This document shows positions 15,401-26,648 of a stretch of 64,000 bases of DNA, piece by piece. Position 1 is the stretch's first letter; the number at the start of each line of letters is the position of its first letter. The notes under the pieces were generated by a model, which was given only the letters and a program-made list of their open reading frames with translations, searched no databases and had not been told where the DNA came from. Source of the DNA: Lytechinus pictus (taxonomy: Eukaryota); the NCBI RefSeq assembly GCF_037042905.1, contig NC_087245.1, positions 28,832,001 through 28,896,000 on the forward strand, read 5' to 3'. A program made the position numbers and the translations under genes.

Positions 15401-18400
15401 TTGACTTAGACATATTATGGTATTGTTGATGTTTGTCTGGGCATGGATTGTTCCTACAAACAAAGACACAAACACAAATCTTCTTAAATTGGCATGCCCT
15501 TGACTTAAGTTTTGATTCCTAATTTACATTTTGAAGATTTTAAGTTTCTTTTTATTTCATATTTTTAGCAGTAAGCCTATTCATGTGGGCCTACTCGCTT
15601 TCACCTTAGATCTCCAGTCATGATTCATGATCATTGTCAAGAAACAAACCCACCAAAACAACTTCTAGAAAACTTAAAGACAGGAACCAAGTCTCGTGAC
15701 CATAAAGCTACGGGAAAGAGATCGAAAGTCGTCAGCAAATTTATCCCCCCCTTTTTTTTTTTTGGGGGGGGGTTAAAGCTCCACCTGACCCTTCCTCATT
15801 GCCACTGCTTGCTCGTGCTACCAACAATCTCTTGTCCAAGTACGAATATAGCCATGTCGAATCGTGCCATTAGAATTTACAAAATATGTAATTGATTAAA
15901 TACAAATAAAAGTCAAATATAGTTACGAATCATGTACAGATCAATTAATAGAAATTGTGCAATAACATTATTTTATGATTACTAAAGCTTGTTAAAAATA
16001 TATCAACTGTGTATCATGGAAATAAGAAGATCCTCTAAGAAGTACTGCTTGTAGAGTGTTTATCGCCTACTACATTAAAATGATTGTGTTTAATAAACAA
16101 TTGAAGAAACTTGAGGAAATTAGTCAAAGCATAGCACTAAAGTTTGTGTCGAAATCAGATGTAAAATTAAAAAACAATTGCATCATTGTAAAGGAGTTGC
16201 ATGTTAATCCCTGTCATAAAGCAAAGTAGAGCCAATGATGTCATACACGCAGTTCATGTCTTTCTTTCGTATTTTTCTATTAATATAAATTGTAATTATT
16301 ATTTATCATTTTCATGAATAGAGCAACGTCACCGATTAATAATAAATTTACTAATACTAATGCTGCTGCTGCTACTATTACTACTACTACTACTACTAGT
16401 AGTAGTACAACAGCAACTACTAATAACAATGATTTACGTTATTTATCAGAAATTGAAATATTGCGGAGTAAGATATACTAGTAAAAAGACACTATAAAAT
16501 AATCATACCCGATGTCCACAAATCGTACATCAAGGTTTTTTTTATAAAGATAAGCGAAACCCAAAAGTGTCATTTGAGCCTATCCAATTTTGAATCGAAG
16601 TAGTGTCGGTGATAAACTTGCTTGTCTTTCTCTAATGTCTTCAAATCAAATTATTCTTGGGTGGATTTGGCCTTAGAAAAATACAATATTTTACACATCT
16701 AGACTTACCAATGAATGCCCAGATGTAGATAAGAATATGCATTTTTCAAGTTTTTAAGATTTGTTCCATTGTTCTGATTGTGAACTAGTGAATAGGGACT
16801 TGTCGTGATAGAACTTCACACCAAGGACTAGTTCGTTCAAAAACAACCGCGTCAATTCAAGGCCATCAACATGATATGGTGGGTAGTCACTAAATTTCTG
16901 GTTCAAAACAATTTCATGAGCTAATGCTAATAGCCGCTGCGGAGTGCATGGGGTTTGATCATAGTTTAACCCCCCCCCCCCCACTTTTTCACCCACTTAA
17001 AGGGGAAAATCATCCTGACGAAAAGTTTATTGTAAAAATAGCAGAAAAAATATTGGTGAAGGTTTGAGGAAATAAAATTCATTATAGATTAAAACACTTA
17101 TCAGAATTTTCAGTCATATATGAGCAGCTGCCTCATGTTTTGTAATTTAATTTCACTTTTTTTAATGATTCATGATTACTAAAAATGCTCTTCATTCAGG
17201 AGCGAGTGTGTGATTATTCGTTGATATGCTAAAGGTAAAACTAAATCATTTTTTTAATTTTGTGAGAAAATGGCATATCATTGTGTTTTTGGGGTATATA
17301 CGAGACATGCGAACCTGCTCGCTTGTGACGTCACAAATCAAAAAGTTATAATTCTGATAACTTTTCAAATCTTTAATGGATTTTCCTCATACCTTCACCA
17401 ATATCTTTTTTATTATTTCTGCTATTTTACAATTATAAACTTTTTCAAAAGGGTTTTATTATTCATATAAAATGAAACAGTTGTGAAACTATTTTTCATT
17501 TACTTGTACCTCGCCTGTCCAACTGAATTTAAGAACAATGTGATCCTTTTAAAACATTTCGTCGTTCGTAAATACTCATTGGCATTCCGCAAGGCTCGGT
17601 CCTAGGCCCAGTATTTGCATTGTTTGTAAATGCGTCTAAGAATATGATATGAGGTAAAGGTGATAACGAAAGTGCAAGGGGTCTTGTGAAGGTCACGCCG
17701 CATTATCATAGAACTATTAGAAATATAGAAAGTCAACTGATTCTCGCTTTGTTTTGATCATGGGCCAGGTTACCATGGTTACATGTATACGCCTGACAAA
17801 AGCAACTTTTCAGCCTGAAGATTGCCTAGAGATTTTTTCAAGTTTTGTCTTTTTTTTTTTTTACTTGTGCATGATTTATGTACGCTTCGGTTTCTTTCTC
17901 CACTTTGTTCTATTTTCTTTCATGCTTCTGCATAATATATTTCATGCATGCCTCATCAAATCAGATTTGCTTTCAGAAGTCACGAATTTTACCATTGTGT
18001 GAGAGTCATTGGTCCCCCTTCATAAAGAATGTGATGGACAATGAGCACGCGTAACCTTGGAAACTGTTGCAATGTCGAAACTGTCGAAATCGTGGCATCG
18101 TGTTTGCCCGACATAATTTTTTCTTTGTAATTTATTTTTTGGTTTATGAGAAAATGTGGCATGGTTGGCATGTTGCTGGCTACGAGGGGCGGGAAGAGGA
18201 GGAGTGCTAGGCCGGTCGCCTCTCTATGCCAAAAAGTAAGGGGCTAAGGGGCAAATTGTGGCTCCGCCCCTTTTAGCATACACATAAGGCGGGTAGGGTG
18301 AGAGGGGTAATAAATAAATAAATTTTGGGGTCGCTGGCTTGGCGCGCGAATAGATTATCTCAATTGGAAATACATTTGTAACATTCAACGGTTTTAAAGG

Positions 18401-21400
18401 TTATAAATGAAATTTACATTATGTCAAAGCTAGTCTAGAATGGGATGCAGTGTACCGACAGAAAATAAGCACTCTCTTTCACAACACACACACACTCACA
18501 CTTTTTTTTAAAACAAGTTCACACCTAGTTACCATTAATGCATATAGCATTTCCATTTATTTGAAAGCAGGATAAAAGGGCATTGTATATTAAATGCCTT
18601 GCTCACGGGCATAGCTGCCGCGGCCGGGGATCGAACCCCGGACTTTTTCATGTATAGCCAGGCGCCTTAGACCACTCGGCCACGGCACACACACTTAGCC
18701 ACACACCCTAGCCCACTCACCTTCACGAACCACAATTCCCGTTTACTCAACATTTGCCTTTTCCCACCTTTTTCTAATAAGGAATGGTTAAAGCATAGAC
18801 CCTACTGGATCCATGGTTAAAGTAAACCAAAATAAAGGAGAGAATCCATCTTAACAGAGAGAATAAAATGAGAGGAGCAATCTAAAACTTGTTTCATTAA
18901 AATTGGTTATAGAATAAGCGAGTTATGGAAGTTTGAAAAGTCTTGTACTTTATATTGGAATCCTCAAATTGACAAACGCGCTTCAAATTGGCTGATTTTG
19001 TGGACTACTCTCCATTTTACAAATTTATTTTACATATTTCACATCTCCTCCTGACCTTGACATATGTGGTGTGAATTATAATTTTCCATGACATATGTTA
19101 TGCTCAGAAGGAGGCAAGATACAGTTTGAAAGATAATGGGAGGTGTCGTGGCTGAGTGGTCTAAGGCGCCTGACTGGAAATGGAAAGTTCGGGCTTCGAT
19201 CCCCGGCCGCCACACGTACCTATGCCCGTGAGCTTTTAATCGGCAATGCTCTTTTATCCTGCATTGAAATAAATGAAAATGCTATAGGTGTGCACTTGTC
19301 AAAAAAAAAAAAAAAGATATTCGGGGGAAATCTGAGAATCAGTACAAAAGAAATGGAGAGTTCTCAATATCTGCAATTCTTAAGCATGGTGGCCAATTTG
19401 AGGATCCCCATACAGAGTACAATAAGACTTTTCAAACGTCCATAACTCTCTTATTTCATAACCGATTTTTGATGAAACTTTTTTTAATTGTTCCTCTTAT
19501 ATGACTCTTTCCAATAAGATTGCTTCTCTTCTTGTGTATTTCGTTTTCTTTGAGAGAGGGCTACCCATAATGTGTGGTATGATTTTGTTAAAATTTATCT
19601 CGTTTCACATCTTAATGTTCTTTACTTTATCAACATTTTCGTTTACAGATGGACAATTCAGAGTTCGTGCTGTAGTGATTCTAGACCACCCTTGGGAAGA
19701 AACTTTAGCGACTTCATCGACCACAGAAAGCATAGAATTAGCCAATAATATCACATACGGTGTGAGTAGTTTATACTAGTAACCATTTTTAGATAAGAAA
19801 AAAAAAAGGGAAAAAAAAGAAGTTGGCCGTAGCTCTGCCAACTTATATTTTTCATTCGAACTCGACCCTCCACCGCGAATTCTATTTTTTTTTATTAGTT
19901 AATTTCATTTCTTTATCAATTTTCAACATACAAATCAGAAATCCGAAAATAAAAATCAATATCAATGGAAAGATTAGGTTCCAGCGACAATTTAGATACG
20001 AAGTGTATTATCACATCCAAATTTTGTGACAATCAAGTAATTTACTAACCAAAACTATTAAAAACAATATGAGTAAATGTACAAGACAATGCGCTGCCTT
20101 CTATAACACACAGTGATACACAGTTTGACAACACTGAGTTTCACTGTGGTCACACTGTGTTAACGCTGTGTTCATAGAATCATTCCAGTGCGATAAATGG
20201 GAACATGCTTTCACACTGTGGTGCACACCGTGGTACATGGTGTTTCAATTACAAATAATGATTTAACCACAGAATAAAAAAAATGTCCAACTTTATCGCA
20301 GTGGAATGAAGATGTATACACAGTATATAGTGAAAATCATTTTTATTTTGTGTGTATTTATTCACTGTTAACGCACTGCGTACTATACAGTGTAAAAATA
20401 AATTCCAATTCATCGCAGTGAAATGAGTGAACACTGGGTGGTAACAGTGTAAACCGCAGTGTGTCGACTGTTTTTTCCGGCAAGGCTATTATTCCACAGC
20501 GATAAACGGGAACGCGTTTTCACATTGTGATGCATACTGTTTCAATTACAAATGGTGACTTAACCACAGTTCGAAAATGGATTATGGCATTGGAGTGAGA
20601 GTACACGTGTGAGATAAAAATGATTTTTTTTTAATTCTATGTGTAAATTAAGTGTTGACGCACTGCTTTTACCACGTGTGAAAATGTATTTCAATTTATC
20701 GGAGTGAAATAAGTGAAGAAAATGTGGCCACATTGTAAATCATTGAGGCGACTGCATTCTTTCCGGTAGGGCTGCCGGATATATCAATGCGTTACCTATT
20801 GATTTTTACCAATTTTGATTTTCAATATACGATTTATTACGATCTAGATCAAACATCGTTTTTCTTTGGCAATGCCCATGTGGAATAGGCATTAATTGAA
20901 TAGGCATTGAGTGCTGCACTCAACCCAGGTGAGGTAAATAAGTACCGGTAGGAAGTAATTCCTTAAGAAGCTGTGTGCGCTCTGAACGCCGAGCTTAGCC
21001 GGGTAATATAGGAGCGCAATATAAATACCCTATATCATTATTATTATTATTAATTGTGACCTACTTTCGTCCCATGCCAGTCTTGTATAAACGGCAACAC
21101 TTAAAATAGAAATATCTTTGTTTCTCCTCCTCAGATAAATTCAACGTTTACTGATCAGAGTTCTTCGTTCAGAGACATCTTCCTGGGCGTAGATATGTTT
21201 TCATTTTCGTGAGTAGCATAGCAAACTTTACCTACAAACATATGCCAAGTCATTCTTAATTCAGTGAATTGCATTTATATCAATCAACTAATTCTTTCAG
21301 TTAAAGTAATGAAACTAGCATTAATTACAAATGATGTAAAATCATCTTCTCACAGAATAACCCTATTTAGTAAATGTACGCTGAACTATTTTCCCTTAAA

Positions 21401-21956
21401 AAAGAAAAAATGTTTTATAATTATTAAACATATATTGTTTTTTAATTATACATATAATTAACAATGAATAGCCTCATAATATGGAAAGACGATATTATCA
21501 GACTGTTAGAAAACCAATCGTGTATCTGATAGTTAAATTTTGTTACATTTGTTCTGGCGTTCAGTCCGGTAATGATATTTTTCAGGGGGTGGGGTGGGGG
21601 CAAGTGGAGGGCAAAAGAAAATGTTTGAGGCAAGGGCGGATTACACCGCTTTTTTTTTAGGGGGGGGGGGGCAACTGATGGGTCCCACCTTGGTGCCACC
21701 ACTGTCCCATTTTTTTTTATCATTTAAAGCTCATTTTCATTGTTTTGTTGATCATTGAAGGAATGACGACGGTGGCATTCGAACATCGTTTCAATGTATC
21801 TTCAGTGGTTCTCCATCAGATGACATCTCGACCAGACATGCCTTCACCGAACTGTTCGTTGCCGAGTTGGAAGACGGATTCGATGACGACAACTTTTTCG
21901 ACCTCGAGTTAAGTGCGGACGAATCGGTGGATGTTTTTCGATTCGTAAAATTATGA
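3476..21956 (+). CDS. Gene A: type II transmembrane protein with Pro/acidic cytoplasmic tail and a single SEA domain, no protease domain (443 aa)
   Basis: Phase-consistent GT-AG exons 3476-3532, 4560-4947, 6051-6278, 6633-6896, 8857-8868, 19649-19761, 21135-21208, 21761-21956 total 1332 nt and stay open to TGA. Starts MADGIGMEADPRISVLGIE, Pro-rich tail, TM AVMWVTIFLMLAGAIAVIFYFTF, SEA-like DGQFRVRAVVILDHPWEETLATSSTTESIELANNITYGINSTF...FSFSNDDGGIRTSFQCIF...VFRFVKL*. Confidence 0.8.
9260..9490. mobile_element. hAT-type MITE
   Basis: Ends CAGAGTGACGTA...TACGCCACTG with a perfect 8-bp TSD GATATACA (9252-9259, 9491-9498). Confidence 0.75.
10225..11233. mobile_element. hAT-type non-autonomous element (CAGGGTTG...CAACCCTG) carrying a piggyBac-like insert from about 10812
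   Basis: 8-bp terminal inverted repeats and a degenerate TSD. Same family as 28016-30179 in the opposite orientation. The internal segment starts TTAACCC. Confidence 0.6.
11283..16742 (-). CDS. Gene B: secreted protein with signal peptide, unassigned region, two EGF-like domains and a CUB-like domain; nested antisense in gene A intron 5; apparent frameshift in exon 2 (possible pseudogene)
   Basis: Exons 16742-16709 (MHILIYIWAFI), 15453-15263, 13288-13181 (ACLSPPCLNGGSCRESLGGFTCDCLENYVGNTCQLF), 13004-12891 (SMCHLNPCVNGGTCHDDPTIRFYCLCDPCYFGEFCEE) and 11848-11283 (CUB-like KWYITTPKGTSPSLTIYQFDI...DGMEIF...SNQMICHFVS). Both EGF exons are symmetric phase 1-1. The total of 1013 nt is one base short of a full frame. 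Confidence 0.75.
18507..18689 (-). mobile_element. tRNA-derived SINE, family 2
   Basis: Minus strand reads GTGCCGTGGCCGAGTGGTCTAAGGCG...GGTTCGATCCCC...TATGCCCGTGAGC followed by an A-rich tail. Homologous to 19143-19315. Confidence 0.75.
18817..19535. mobile_element. Fold-back MITE interrupted by a SINE
   Basis: Imperfect inverted arms (GGAATCCTCAAATTG / CAATTTGAGGATCC). Same family as about 48538-49066. Confidence 0.55.
19143..19315 (+). mobile_element. tRNA-derived SINE, family 2
   Basis: GTGTCGTGGCTGAGTGGTCTAAGGCG (A box), TTCGATCCCC (B box), poly-A tail. Confidence 0.75.
20180..20771. repeat. Diverged tandem duplication of a unit of about 300 bp
   Basis: ATTCCA..GCGATAAA.GGGAAC recurs near 20182 and 20491; both units end TTCCGG.A.GG. 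Confidence 0.6.
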
Positions 21957-23437
21957 TCCTATGCAATCCGCGTGTCTTTGAAACACTGCTCATCGCGCCA
22001 CTTGTTGACATAAGCATTCTGTGGTGTAAAAACTTCTCCATCAAATCGATCGGTAATGTAATGCTTCATTGTTTCTATTAAAAACAATTATATAGATTGT
22101 TATGATTGTTTAGCTTGAGTTTAATGAATATGCCTATATTATATTATCGAATACTCTGTTGCCAGAACGAACTCGTGCACACATAAACTTTTCCGCTTGC
22201 ACACTGACACACACCCCACAACCCCCCCCCCCAAATACACACACACACACCAAACAAAAATCGTTTACATGTTTTCCTGAACAGGGGCCCGTTGCGAAGA
22301 GTTACAATCAATCACAACTCTAAAAATTATGCGTAACTTGATTTTCTACCAATCAACAGCGCGCATTTGGGACTTGCGATTGATTTTTTGACTTGCGTTT
22401 AAACGCAACTCTTTCTGCAACGGACCTCTGTTAGCTAGAGCTTTCCGTTTGTAAGGCATGGTGTATTTAAATTACGTTACTTAGGAAATGAAAAAATCAA
22501 AATAAATCTGTATTAAATAATTAGTGTAAATAATCTCAAAGCACGTCTTAGCTTCAGAGAATGTTTAGTAATGTTAATTGCATTTGAGTATCTACCATTT
22601 CACTCTTTCAAAAGTGGAACGGACTGTCTTATTTTTCTAATGTTGATTCTTTGAAGATAAATATCAATGTCACATTTGGGATTTTGTGCGTTTTGTTTTA
22701 CATTAAAAGGCTCTTCGCACAATTCTCTTACGAACTAGTGATCCCGGCATATCAAGTGATAAAGAATACCCTGAATTTTAAGGTCATTGCATATTTGTGA
22801 AATGTCACAAAAATAGGCCTACGCCGCTATTTATATTTTGATTGGGATTGCGACTACATAGATTTTTCATAATAAATTGCAAAATACATTCACCCCAAAA
22901 AGTTTTTATTTCATTCCATCTACACTAGATAAGTTTAAAGATATGCCAATTCATATATTATGTTGTAAAAATGTGGAAAAGTGAATATTACCTTTACCAA
23001 ATTTTTGATAACAGAGGCTTTAACAAATTGAAATTCGCGTTTTATACTTTAAAAGCTATTCATCAACATTATCCTCAATTATCTTCTGATAAGAAAACTC
23101 GGCAAGTTTATTTAATCTCTCAGGAAACATTGGTTTTGGGTGTATACATAAATGTTATAAAAGCTTACAAAGAAGAACATTCGATATAGAAGTCTTAAAA
23201 TGTATCATGTCAGTATGGAATTATGTACCATGCAAGAGCACACTTTCTTACAGTATCGCTTGAATGTGGAATGTTCGAAGAAACAAACCCTTTATACATG
23301 TTATAAGTTATTTCTTATGATTTATTTATGGAAAACGCTTTGTCAATAATTTGTTGCATTAAATGCACTCACAGTCTGAAATCATATACGTGTATTTTTT
23401 TTCTGTCATTGTTGTCTCAGTATTTTAGTCTTTGTTC

Positions 23438-23610
23438 CACTGTAAAAAATGAAGTGCTAATTTATCACTTACAGTGCTTGTGTAGTGACTGCACTACGAG
23501 TGCTGATTTTCTAGTTCAAAATTAAACTAGAAAATCAGCACTCGTAGTGCAGTCACTATACAAGCAGTCAAGCACTGTAAGTGCTAAATTAGCACTTCAT
23601 TTTTACAGTG
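23438..23610. mobile_element. Palindromic MITE with CACTGTAAAA...TTTTACAGTG ends (CACTA/CMC-like)
   Basis: Near-perfect 173-bp hairpin. A related CACTCTAAAA...TTTTAGAGTG element lies at 25892-26042. Confidence 0.7.
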
Positions 23611-26600
23611 TATTAGCATATTATGTAATTCAACTGAGAAACGTTTTCGTCAATTTCTGCCCTCTTTTCTGGGGTATTCTTGTAGGATCCACGAAAAGCA
23701 AAGTAAGAAAGTTATTGCGTTTCAACATTTCACTTAATTTTACAAAACAGTTCTATGCACATCCAGGTCGGTATGCAAATGAGGGGACCGATCCCATCAC
23801 CCTCTCACTATTTCTTTTGCATGTTGATATGAAATCTATTTCAATGTTTAATCTACATACTCATTTCCCCTGAACAAGTGGGATTACCGCTATTTTAACA
23901 ATTTGTGCTTCTAATTTATCAAAAGGCTCTTTAATTGTCAATCTTAATTGTTAATCTATAAAAATTAAAACATTTCATTGCTCATACAATAAAAAACAAA
24001 GAAATGGTTACATCAACATTCTCACTTGCATATCACTGAGTTGTGCATGATAAATCTTTTGCGAAAATGGGAGAAATATTAAAATTTTATAACTAACTTA
24101 TTTTACATATGACTGATATTTTTTATCGGTGTTATTCTTGTTTTTTCTCTCTTTGTTCAACACAATGTTTTTCTAGAGTGGATTTGAACTTCAAAATATT
24201 CTGTCACATTTTCCTGTTTTGAAATAATAATGGATAATGAATAATATGAAAGATTATTTGGGTATCACGGTCACATGCGAATACAGAAAATAATTATATT
24301 GGGAATGAACTTTGAACAGCGTGGTATGATACGCCTACATGACTAAATATGTATCGAACAAAAACGAAATACAAACAAAAAATAAATAGGCTACCTTATA
24401 AAAAATGCAGACTGAATCAAATATTTCCAGTGTCTGACTGCACTTAACAGAATAATTAATCCTCGTAGAGCAGATCATAATTCAATTATAGGCGCTTCCC
24501 TGAGCTTATCGAAACGAAGCGCCTTTGAAAGTCTGTCAAAATCAATTAAATTTCAAAATATAGGCAACAAATTTGAACATTTCACGGATGTTTTTTTAAT
24601 CTCTTCGATCAAATGACAATGTTTGTTCATGGTTGAATGAACATTGCTTTTTTTTTACAAAGTGCAAAAGTGACCCGCTAATAAAACATGAAAGACTAAG
24701 AGGGGATATGACATGAGTTTGCTCATTGAATATTCATGAATGTTTCACCAAATCAATGCAAATCTTTAAAATGTCATTTATTATTCCTCAACCGTTTTTT
24801 GGTTAAATTTTCTATGTTTTGTTTGTTTAATTTTTCTTTATCTGTTCAAGTAATATCATTTTCAGCCTGGAGTACGTGCCGCTTTAAGAATTGTTTGCGA
24901 ATTTTTTTACTGAATTACAATGAGTAGTAAAAACCCCACCACTTCTGGTTATCAATGCCCTTAATTTGGAATATAATTCTGAAATCAATTATTGTCCAGT
25001 CTTTCCAACTTATGAATCTCTGTGTATCTGTTTCATTCGTTTGTTGATGTATGCCGTCATTTTTGCGTGACGTCCTACTTTGATATTTTTACCACAAACC
25101 GACTGTCAACCGATCCGGACCCACTTTCTCTCGTCACGTCAGAGTTCCGTGGGTCATGGCCTGTTAGACCGGTTCGGTTTTGTTGCAGTCATCCGTCGGA
25201 TGATCTCACTAGATCACAGAGTCGTAAAAGTTATTGTGACGTCATGGTTTTTAGTACAGACAAGGGGACACGGTTTGGTGCATCGTAACAATGAGATTCG
25301 GTCGGCGTATTTACACACAGTCACAGAAGGTAAAAAAAGCCTCTGGGGTTTTAGTCACGCCCAACTTCATTGAAACTCCTGTGCAAACCGAAAGGAACCC
25401 TTTTCGTGTATGTTTGGTACATGAGGCACCGACATTCCAAAATATACTACACATTATTCCCAATTAGAACTTTTTAACAAGGGTTTAACGGGTGGGCGTG
25501 TGTAGGGAATTTTCTGTCGATTCCACATACATGATACTCATCTCACAATAAGCCAACAGTACATCGCTGTAATTTGTAGCAGGCATTGTACTTTACTATC
25601 CAATTGTCCATGACAAAAAGTGATTATTTTGAATATTGATAGAAAACTATGCAAACTATGCTGAGGCGAGGGAATAACAACCATCATACATGAAGTTGAA
25701 ATATCTATATGCGACAGAATAAGACTTCTGCTGGGTAAGTTTTCGTAAAATGCTTATTTTCATACATTTGTTTATACGATCATATCGACTTTAGTAACTA
25801 ACACACCCTATGTTTCCACCGTATTATAGTATAAATATTAATTTGTCCATAAAATGGGAATTCAAATTGTTCAGATGTTGCGTGACCAATACACTCTAAA
25901 AAAAATAAAGGGTGGAAAGGGGTAAATCACCTTTTAAACATGTTGAAAGGGCCGAGGAGGGACAGCATTTTGAGGTTGGAAAACGCTGTTGCTCTTTTCC
26001 ACAACCTTTTCCCACCCTTTTCACCTTTTGTGTTTTAGAGTGTTAGAGTGTATTTCGTATGGAATTATACGAGTATTGGAGTTTTTTCATAAATACAGTC
26101 GAAAGAAACATAGCCGAGGAGTCATCGACCTTGTATTAAAGAATTTTGTACATTATAAATTATATCGACCCTGTCTTAATGGTCTTGAGTTGTGGAAATT
26201 GTATAGGATTATAACACATCTAGATTATAAACAATGTCGACGTGTTGTGACAATATTATGTGTGTCTACTTCTGAATTAAGGAAAAGTCTGAATAATGTT
26301 CCAATTATGTCAACATGGACGTTAATCTCTCAAAAATAAAGGAGGATATTAAACAAAAGCATAGCAAATGTTGATTCAAAAGCTCTTAGACTTTCTTATG
26401 CAGAAAAATGTAGCTCTTGACACCAATGGAGAACAAAGGAAATGACATGACGTAGCCGCCAGCTTAACATGGTGATCTTCTTGCTGTGATCATTGTAGTA
26501 TGGTATATTGATTAGTATAATGACCAAATTACATTATTCGTATCGTCTTTCACCCAGAAATGAGACTGATGGTTGAACGAGGCATGGGTCAAAAGGAATG

Positions 26601-26648
26601 TGCCTGACATATTTGCTGAAAAATAGAATATAACGCTGTTTTACAGAT

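Noticed and set aside
15263..15453. Selenocysteine read-through of the TGAs in gene B exon 2
   Set aside because: That frame also contains a TAG and ends in phase 0, incompatible with the phase-1 EGF exon.
18600..19215. tRNA genes
   Set aside because: A/B boxes run into SINE bodies with tails and no complete cloverleaf is evident.
21945..21950. GTAAAA donor fusing gene A to downstream exons
   Set aside because: Weak donor in phase 0, whereas the mucin and protease exons need phase 1; an in-frame stop follows directly.
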